Part shown: positions 47,983-54,053 of the stretch, one piece after another
How the letters are laid out: each line of letters begins with the position of its first letter
How positions within the stretch are numbered: the stretch's first letter is position 1
Virus record (IMG/VR): IMGVR_UViG_3300037961_003327
Location: 1 to 54,053 of that record
Origin: a virus
Lineage: Duplodnaviria > Caudoviricetes
Length of the DNA: 54,053 bases
Strand: one strand, 5' to 3'
The notes under the pieces: model-generated
What the model was told of the DNA's origin: nothing
What the model saw: the letters and a program-made list of their open reading frames with translations, nothing else
The model's database searches: none
Translations under genes and position numbers: made by a program

Positions 47983-48357
47983 TTAAGCTTGGTCAGCCTG
48001 AACTGTAAAGTCAGAAACCGCACTAATATCCCCTACAAGGTAATCACCTGTAACATCATCAGCCACGACCAAAAATGTTTGCTTTGATAAAGCAAACGCC
48101 TCGGCTAAGCCCTGCATTACAGCTTTTTGATTGTTTGTGCCTACTGTCAACGTAACGCTATCATTCTTTCCAAAAGCAGCATCATCATGAGATGCAAAAC
48201 TATTGTGCTTTTGAGCAAAGAAAAGGGTCAAAGTAGTGTCACTTACAGACTCCATTCCTTTGAATGAAGAAAGCGGGTACACATTTGATCCGTCAGCAGC
48301 ATCATCGTCATTACCAAGGGTGGCATCGCCACGAAAGTATAGATATTTTTCAGCCAT
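47983..48357 (-). CDS. Putative capsid decoration/auxiliary protein
   Basis: 124 aa between the capsid gene and the terminator. Confidence 0.6.
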   Translation of the reverse strand: MAEKYLYFRGDATLGNDDDAADGSNVYPLSSFKGMESVSDTTLTLFFAQKHNSFASHDDAAFGKNDSVTLTVGTNNQKAVMQGLAEAFALSKQTFLVVADDVTGDYLVGDISAVSDFTVQADQA

Positions 48358-48385
48358 ATTTTCTAAGTATTTATCAGTTTAACAA

Positions 48386-49801
48386 TTAGCCCTTAATGAT
48401 AACGTGCTGGTTAGCAGCGCGAGTAACCAAAGCAATTTCAGAGCGGTAGTGGAACGTAGCAACGTCTCTACCAGCATCTCCGTTGTTTGTGTGACCCAAG
48501 ACACCACCACCAGTTACCCAGTGCTCCATCTCACGAGAGTAGCCGTTTGCTTCTTTGTAGTACATAGCCAAAGCAGGAGCCTTGTATCCTGTACGTGGGT
48601 CAGTTACTTGGCTCATAGGAACCATGCAACCTTGCAAGAAGTTAGTGGCACCCAAAAGCGTAGGATCGTTCAACAGCTTGAAATCGTGCTTGTGGAAAGT
48701 ATATCCACCACGAGTAAAGCTCTTGAATCCAAGCTTAACAGCCAAATCAGCGTCGTTGTTAAACGCACCAAACTGACCAGCCAAACCAGCAGTAACGCCA
48801 GTAGAAACACCAGAAGCGAGCATGTCATCAATAGCAAGGTCTTGCTTTCTGTTCAAGTACATAGCGTACTCAGAAGTAGCTCCGTTCTTGTCAAGTTCCA
48901 AGATGATATCATCGAACTCAGCAAAGCTGTCCAAAGGATTTGCGTTCGCATTAGATACGACAATACCTCTAGATTCAACAGCAGAGATATAACCCTCTGA
49001 ACCGAGACCTGGAGATTGTGCATCGTTATATGCAGCAGAAGCAGCGTCACCGAAATCGTTGTCATTATTCTTCTCCGAGAACAACAACATCATTTCCCGA
49101 CGATCCTCAAAGCGTCTACGAGCTTCTTGCTCACCGTACATGAACCAACGGAAGTCACCTCCACCCACATCGATGTAGCCAATGTTAGTTGCTTGTGAGC
49201 CATTTACTTGGAAACGGTCCTTTACAATCATGTAAGGGTTCTTACGTCTTACAACGTCAGCGTCAGTAAAGTGAGCTGGTTGCTCAGTTCCTTGTCCATA
49301 AGTGTTTCCAAGAACAATGAATTCTCTGTCTGTAGAACGAGAACCAGTTGCGGCCTCGCCATCAAGAGTTGCAAGCATGTATTCAGCAGCGGTAGTAGGA
49401 GAGGTAGTGTCCGCATCAATAACGATGTAGCGTCTTCCATCGTCTGAATCCATCAAAACATCGTTTGGACCGATCGGCAAGCCGTTAGTGCTATCAGCAG
49501 AAGCATGAAGTTCTACTTGGTCACCTGAAGCAGCATCATCAAGAGATCCAGTAATTGTTCTGTGTCGTCTTCCGACTTCGAAGTATTCAATCTGGTCGGC
49601 AGTTCCTCCAGAGTTGATTGCGCCAGTGAGCTTCAAGAAACCAGTGATGCCTTGATCACCGTAAGTTTCTACGAGCTGTGGCATGACATCGGGCTTGTTA
49701 TGATCAAGCAGCGTGTCAATAGTTGTATATTTTTCGGGTGTCAGCCTAAGATTAGCGGGTGCGCCATCTACGCCTCCAGCCGCAGCAGCAGTAGTAGCCA
49801 T
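48386..49801 (-). CDS. Major capsid protein
   Basis: 471 aa after an acidic scaffold-like gene; GTEQP, REMMLLF, LGFKSFTRGGYTFH, HYRSE motifs; strongly biased codon use. Confidence 0.85.
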   Translation of the reverse strand: MATTAAAAGGVDGAPANLRLTPEKYTTIDTLLDHNKPDVMPQLVETYGDQGITGFLKLTGAINSGGTADQIEYFEVGRRHRTITGSLDDAASGDQVELHASADSTNGLPIGPNDVLMDSDDGRRYIVIDADTTSPTTAAEYMLATLDGEAATGSRSTDREFIVLGNTYGQGTEQPAHFTDADVVRRKNPYMIVKDRFQVNGSQATNIGYIDVGGGDFRWFMYGEQEARRRFEDRREMMLLFSEKNNDNDFGDAASAAYNDAQSPGLGSEGYISAVESRGIVVSNANANPLDSFAEFDDIILELDKNGATSEYAMYLNRKQDLAIDDMLASGVSTGVTAGLAGQFGAFNNDADLAVKLGFKSFTRGGYTFHKHDFKLLNDPTLLGATNFLQGCMVPMSQVTDPRTGYKAPALAMYYKEANGYSREMEHWVTGGGVLGHTNNGDAGRDVATFHYRSEIALVTRAANQHVIIKG

Positions 49802-49806
49802 AATTT

Positions 49807-50943
49807 TTACACTTTAAAAGTTAGTTTGCTAGACTGACCATTAATAATATTTTTTAGTTGGTCAGCTAACGGATTAGTTTGTTGGTTTTGATTCCCTTGC
49901 TGCGGAGTTTCAGTAGAGACATTGGCCGCTGTGTCTACAAGTGTTTTTTGTCCGTCACCCAATCCTCTGGTGTAAGCAGACTTAACGATTCTGTCAATGT
50001 TGTCAATGACAGCCATGTGAGACGACAGCAAGTCGTAGTCCCAAGTACCGTCCTCACGAACGTAGGGATCAAAGAACTCGTCGAGACGAGCATTGCGATT
50101 CTTTAATTGACTTTTGTACTGATTATCAAGACCAAATTCAAACGTCTTATCGTCACCAAGGTCAAACTCTAGACCCGCTAACGAATCAACTTCTTTGGAC
50201 ATTTCATAGATCCAGTTATCGTCAATTATAGATTCTGGTTCGGATGCTGACTGTTCTTGTGGAGCAGGAGCAGAGTAGCTACCTCTGATATTCTCAATGC
50301 TCTTTCTAGCTTTGTCACCATCCATTTTCAACTGAAGCTTGCCAAGCGTAATCTCCTCTTCGGTATACGTGTCGGGGTCAAGCTTGTATTTGCTGTTGAC
50401 TAAAAGATTGAGTTCATCATACGAAAGGTTTGGATACTCATTCGCCATTTCAATGCGAATAGCTGTCATATCATCCATACCCTCTGGATTCAATGACTGA
50501 TATCTAAACCAATCTTCTGGTGCGCGGCCCGTTTCCTCTACGAACTTTGCGATGGCCTCGATTCTTTCGTCTAAAGCTTTTGCTTCAGTCTGTTGAGTAG
50601 CAGACAGGTCATCAAGAGAAGCTACGTTTCTTCCAAGCTTATCGCTCAAGAAAGAAAAGACAGCAGACTCGATATCCTCTTCTGAATACTCACGTTCTGT
50701 ATATTGTTCAGTCTCAACAGTTTCTGCTTGAGGCTGTACGGATTCTTCTACTACGGGAGCTGATTCCTGTACGGGTGGCTCCTCGGTAATTGGTTGTTCT
50801 ACGGGCTGTTCTACGACAGCTTCTTGTTGTTCTACGGGTGCTTCAGTTGTAGTTTCTGAAGCGGAGTTCATAGATGCAGCAAGGTCCTCAGGATTACTGA
50901 AGACCTTCATTCCTGCAATCTCTTCGATTGGAGTTTGTTCCAT
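49807..50943 (-). CDS. Putative capsid scaffolding protein
   Basis: 378 aa, highly acidic, E/Q/P-rich N-terminus, directly upstream of the capsid gene. Confidence 0.7.
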   Translation of the reverse strand: MEQTPIEEIAGMKVFSNPEDLAASMNSASETTTEAPVEQQEAVVEQPVEQPITEEPPVQESAPVVEESVQPQAETVETEQYTEREYSEEDIESAVFSFLSDKLGRNVASLDDLSATQQTEAKALDERIEAIAKFVEETGRAPEDWFRYQSLNPEGMDDMTAIRIEMANEYPNLSYDELNLLVNSKYKLDPDTYTEEEITLGKLQLKMDGDKARKSIENIRGSYSAPAPQEQSASEPESIIDDNWIYEMSKEVDSLAGLEFDLGDDKTFEFGLDNQYKSQLKNRNARLDEFFDPYVREDGTWDYDLLSSHMAVIDNIDRIVKSAYTRGLGDGQKTLVDTAANVSTETPQQGNQNQQTNPLADQLKNIINGQSSKLTFKV

Positions 50944-50963
50944 TTTATTTAATTAAGTGTGTA

Positions 50964-51464
50964 TTAGTATTCAAAGCCGAAGACAAAATCAACACTGTCT
51001 GCGGCGGTAAAATTTGGGGTTGTAGAAGCAACGGAAATTACAGCGCTAAAATAAATGGCATTTCCAGATTCAATACTGTTTAAAGGTAGCTCTAAACCTC
51101 CTGTTGGACTTGGATCATCTTCATCGTAGTACCTATCTGCAAATCTAACATTCAAGTTATCTAATTGATTTCCAGGAGATGAACCACTCATATTTACAAC
51201 CCCGATAAATTGATTCGCCCTAAAGTTAGCAATGCTTATGTCAGCTGTTGCATTTGCCGTACCTAAGTTGTTTGTATTTTTTTGAAAAAAATAAATAGAG
51301 AGCGTTTCGTTATTAAGCTGATTTTCAGTATCAACAACAAACAAAGATGTTAATTTAGCACCCCGATTAGGAAGTTTTAATTCAGTGGGATTAAAAAGAA
51401 CGTCCCCCTGTACAAATTGCTCTGCCGCAATACTTGGTGTTACAGTTACTGTCTTAAATGCCAT
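50964..51464 (-). CDS. Putative structural protein
   Basis: 166 aa beta-rich. Confidence 0.55.
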   Translation of the reverse strand: MAFKTVTVTPSIAAEQFVQGDVLFNPTELKLPNRGAKLTSLFVVDTENQLNNETLSIYFFQKNTNNLGTANATADISIANFRANQFIGVVNMSGSSPGNQLDNLNVRFADRYYDEDDPSPTGGLELPLNSIESGNAIYFSAVISVASTTPNFTAADSVDFVFGFEY

Positions 51465-51474
51465 ATCTTATCTA

Positions 51475-51882
51475 TTATCCGAGTTGAACTGCTGAGTTGT
51501 CGTTACCAAAGACGCCGTACTCAATGATTGAGTCAACCCTTGTGGCGATAGCTTCGTATGTTTTGTCTGGAGCAATAGGAATAAAAGCAAACTCTCCACC
51601 GCCGATTTTGGCTACAAGTGCGGTGTTAGATTCTGTTTCGTTTCTGACGTAGATGTAGTTCTCCAGCTCTGTTTCTAGATTTCTGATAAACAGATAGGCT
51701 CTGTCATTTTTCTGATTAGCCTTATACAATAGCTTATCATCAGTATCAGCAGTCGTGCCTTTTACTTTTGCCCTGATCAAACTGCCAGAGTCACAGCTAA
51801 TAACTGAGTTGACCGTCAAGGCTAGATTGCTTGTCAGGACATCAGCGCTGTTTATGCTAAGAGCTGCTGTTACTGTTGCCAT
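51475..51882 (-). CDS. Putative structural protein (paralogue of 51882-52301)
   Basis: MAT.TA...I.SAD...LAL, YLFIRN, GGEFAFIP. Confidence 0.65.
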   Translation of the reverse strand: MATVTAALSINSADVLTSNLALTVNSVISCDSGSLIRAKVKGTTADTDDKLLYKANQKNDRAYLFIRNLETELENYIYVRNETESNTALVAKIGGGEFAFIPIAPDKTYEAIATRVDSIIEYGVFGNDNSAVQLG

Positions 51883-52301
51883 TATGCTTCAAAAATCAGT
51901 GCGTACTCAATAGTAAACGCTGTGCTGACGCTGGGTGTGATGCAAATGTCATTCGCTGCATCGTGCGCAGACCAAGGAATAAACATCCAATCCCCTGCAT
52001 ACAATCTTCCGATTTCTTCTGGAGTACCACCAGAATCACCAATAGAAATTGTAGCGTACTCTGTAGCTACAGTGCTAGTGTTCTTGATGTAAAGCTTGTG
52101 AGCTTTTGCAGCAGTGTATGCGCTACCATCAAACAAGTTGTACAGTGAAGTAGAAGTAGTTGTTTTTCTACCTACACCTGTAGTCTGATCTAAACCAGTA
52201 AGCGTTCCCGCCTTAGTGAGTGTCGCTGTAGTTGACAGCGCAAGAGCGTCACCAGTGAGGTCAGCGCTCGAAAGTGTAATTGTTGCAGTAGTTGTAGCCA
52301 T
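51882..52301 (-). CDS. Putative structural protein (paralogue of 51475-51882)
   Basis: MATTTATITLSSADL...LAL, KLYIKN, AGDWMFIP. Confidence 0.65.
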   Translation of the reverse strand: MATTTATITLSSADLTGDALALSTTATLTKAGTLTGLDQTTGVGRKTTTSTSLYNLFDGSAYTAAKAHKLYIKNTSTVATEYATISIGDSGGTPEEIGRLYAGDWMFIPWSAHDAANDICITPSVSTAFTIEYALIFEA

Positions 52302-52333
52302 AATTATTAGTTATATGAATGCAAATATAACGA

Positions 52334-52573
52334 TTATTTTTTCTTCTTCTTTTTACCCTTTCCCGCTCTAATCTTAGCAGCCTCTCTTTTTCCAAAGGCA
52401 GACTTTACCCTAGCCATAGCCCAAGCGTGTTGAGATACTTTTGGTCTGTTACCAGAAGACATATAAGCAGCAAGACCTCGGCGATAGACTTGTTTTTCTG
52501 CGGCGTCTAAATCTTTAAAGGACCGACCTTTTTTCTTCTTCTTGGTCTTTCCTCCCTTTTTAAGAACTATCAT
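52334..52573 (-). CDS. Small basic protein
   Basis: KKGGK N-terminus; QVYRRGLAAY...RP...WAMARV motif. Confidence 0.75.
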   Translation of the reverse strand: MIVLKKGGKTKKKKKGRSFKDLDAAEKQVYRRGLAAYMSSGNRPKVSQHAWAMARVKSAFGKREAAKIRAGKGKKKKKK

Positions 52574-52776
52574 TACATTCCCATTTGTTTTCTGACGTTA
52601 GGGTTTTTCGCCGCAGCCTTAGCCTGTACAGGATCCTCTAGGATGCCCTCCAGCATAGTGCCTCCGTCTTTGAATACTTTGCCACCATACATGTACATAG
52701 GCATTTTCTTTTTCATCATGCCACCGCCTGGCATCTTCTTGACTTTCATCTTCCCGTTTCTGTTACCGTGATCCAT
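52573..52776 (-). CDS. Small Met/Lys/Gly-rich protein
   Basis: MPGGG, YMYGG, FKDGG. Confidence 0.7.
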   Translation of the reverse strand: MDHGNRNGKMKVKKMPGGGMMKKKMPMYMYGGKVFKDGGTMLEGILEDPVQAKAAAKNPNVRKQMGM

Positions 52777-52795
52777 AGTTTTATTTTTTAAAGGT

Positions 52796-53068
52796 TTATA
52801 TCTTGTCTCTTTCTGCCATCAGCCTTTTTAGTCTTGCGGCTACAGCAGGGGGAAAGCCTTTCTTTTTTCTTTTAGCTTTTGTCCCTCTATATTTTTTATA
52901 TATGGCAGCAATCTGTGCCATGAGCTTTTTTCTTCTCTCTACATCCGAACTACCACGAGTATACTTCGGGTTGAACTTCATCCCCTTCTTCGCGGACTTA
53001 GGCTTTTTCCCTGCCTTCTTCATAGCGATAGCGATCGCTGCTTGCTGTGCTGGATTCTTTGCCATCAC
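52796..53068 (-). CDS. Small basic protein
   Basis: QQAAIAIAMKKAGKKPK...PKYTRG. Confidence 0.7.
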   Translation of the reverse strand: MMAKNPAQQAAIAIAMKKAGKKPKSAKKGMKFNPKYTRGSSDVERRKKLMAQIAAIYKKYRGTKAKRKKKGFPPAVAARLKRLMAERDKI

Positions 53069-53259
53069 TTCTTCTTTGGGTGGTCAGCCATCTTGAACGT
53101 AGCTTTCTTTACAGCACCAGGGTGTGGCACGTAATCGCCTTTCATCAAATAATATCTTCCGCTTTCTTCCATCCAGTGAAAACCTTTGGGTGGGTCAATA
53201 GACATTTTTTTATTAGTGATGGTAAATTTACCACCTTTTTTATATCTCATAGTTTTCAT
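53065..53259 (-). CDS. Small basic protein
   Basis: YKKGGK; PPKGFHWM...YYLMKG..VPH.GA motif. Confidence 0.7.
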   Translation of the reverse strand: MKTMRYKKGGKFTITNKKMSIDPPKGFHWMEESGRYYLMKGDYVPHPGAVKKATFKMADHPKKK

Positions 53260-53624
53260 CAGAACGAGCTCATTATGATTTCATCTATAGCACCCTGAAC
53301 GTCTTTTTTAGTTGCATCTAAAGACATCATGATGTTGGCTTGAAATCTTTTTTCTTCTTTTCCTTCGTTAAATATAATAACAGTAGGAACAACAACTATG
53401 CTGTGCTCCTTCTGCATATCAGGTCTTTCTAAGATATCTACCCTAGCGACTTCACAATCAATAAGCTTGTCAATCCAATCTACACTGTTTTGGGAGTTAA
53501 ACTGAGCGTTAAACTCCACAACACAAATGCCCGACGGACAGACCTCTGATTCTTCAGCCGTTACAACAGCTACAAAAGCAGTTGCCGATAATAGCGCAAA
53601 TAATACAGTTGCAAGCGTTTTCAT
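53259..53624 (-). CDS. Exported thioredoxin-fold protein lacking CxxC
   Basis: Hydrophobic signal/TM N-terminus; VVEFNAQFNSQN in place of VDFxAxWCxxC; VDI...I.VVPT.IIF..GKE..RF. Confidence 0.75.
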   Translation of the reverse strand: MKTLATVLFALLSATAFVAVVTAEESEVCPSGICVVEFNAQFNSQNSVDWIDKLIDCEVARVDILERPDMQKEHSIVVVPTVIIFNEGKEEKRFQANIMMSLDATKKDVQGAIDEIIMSSF

Positions 53625-53627
53625 TTC

Positions 53628-53912
53628 TCATTTTAGTTTATCGATTTTTTCTTCGATTCTTTTCATGTCCTCTTTAATCTCGGTGACATCTTCCTGAGTA
53701 GACATAATAGTCTGTCGAATTAGTTGGTCCTTCATGTCAAATTCCATACGTGTAATCTCTGGATCTGGTGGCACAGGCAACTCCTTTGCCTCTGCTATAT
53801 CAGCTTGAAGCACAAACCACATGCTAATCACGGCTGCCATGCCAGCACCAATGCCTACTAGCGTTTTTACACTTACGTGAAATCCAGTATCCTCGTTCAG
53901 TTCTTTTGCCAT
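53628..53912 (-). CDS. Single-TM protein with coiled-coil C-terminus
   Basis: LVGIGAGMAAVISMWFVL followed by a heptad-rich tail. Confidence 0.7.
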   Translation of the reverse strand: MAKELNEDTGFHVSVKTLVGIGAGMAAVISMWFVLQADIAEAKELPVPPDPEITRMEFDMKDQLIRQTIMSTQEDVTEIKEDMKRIEEKIDKLK

Positions 53913-53913
53913 A

Positions 53914-54053
53914 TCAAATAATTACGTAGTTCAAACCGACAGAAAAGTTGTGCCACTCTCTGTTCCAGTACTTATGGTATCTGCCCTCAAGAAACATCCC
54001 TAGGCTTTTGTTTAGTTTCCATCCGAGTATCAATCCGCCTGAGTAGTCAATCC
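53914..54053 (-). CDS. C-terminus of a putative outer-membrane beta-barrel protein (5' truncated; not in ORF track)
   Basis: ...IDYSGGLILGWKLNKSLGMFLEGRYHKYWNREWHNFSVGLNYVII*: three amphipathic strands and a terminal GxNY beta-signal-like strand. Confidence 0.6.
   Translation of the reverse strand, partial: IDYSGGLILGWKLNKSLGMFLEGRYHKYWNREWHNFSVGLNYVII

Noticed and set aside
1-54053. Stop-codon reassignment as in some crAss-like phages
   Set aside because: Genes are long and densely packed in the standard code, TAA, TAG and TGA all end genes, and no suppressor tRNA was seen.

Overview
The window is most of the genome of a tailed dsDNA phage with podovirus-like architecture. Its host is most probably a Bacteroidota (Flavobacteriia-like) bacterium, judged from repeated TAnnTTTG promoter elements, A-rich starts that mostly lack Shine-Dalgarno sites and a Bacteroidota-type secreted protein. 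A non-coding stretch at about 16.5-17.4 kb separates two divergent arms. The + arm (17.4-29.2 kb) has many small early genes, then a C5 methyltransferase, a ParB-like protein, a DnaA-C-like HTH, recombination proteins, SSB, primase-helicase and a resolvase; I saw no DNA or RNA polymerase. The - strand (1-16.5 kb and 29.2-54 kb) carries portal, terminase, tRNA-Arg(UCU), HNH, a tandem GroES, an M15 endolysin, holin, ejection proteins, tail nozzle/ring proteins, capsid, scaffold and fibres. Most notable: (1) a complete type I hammerhead ribozyme at 20066-20156 inside a repeat-flanked early-gene cassette; (2) a second candidate structured RNA at 23421-23540; (3) six late genes with a promoter element exactly 4 nt before the start codon, suggesting leaderless mRNAs; (4) an [FY]xxGG/KxGG motif shared by many unrelated late proteins; (5) a host-envelope-type set of genes (secreted Cys-repeat protein, beta-barrel, exported non-CxxC thioredoxin fold); (6) a split tail nozzle gene with Ig-like and dockerin-like additions. 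All product calls come from motif recognition by eye; no database search was run.
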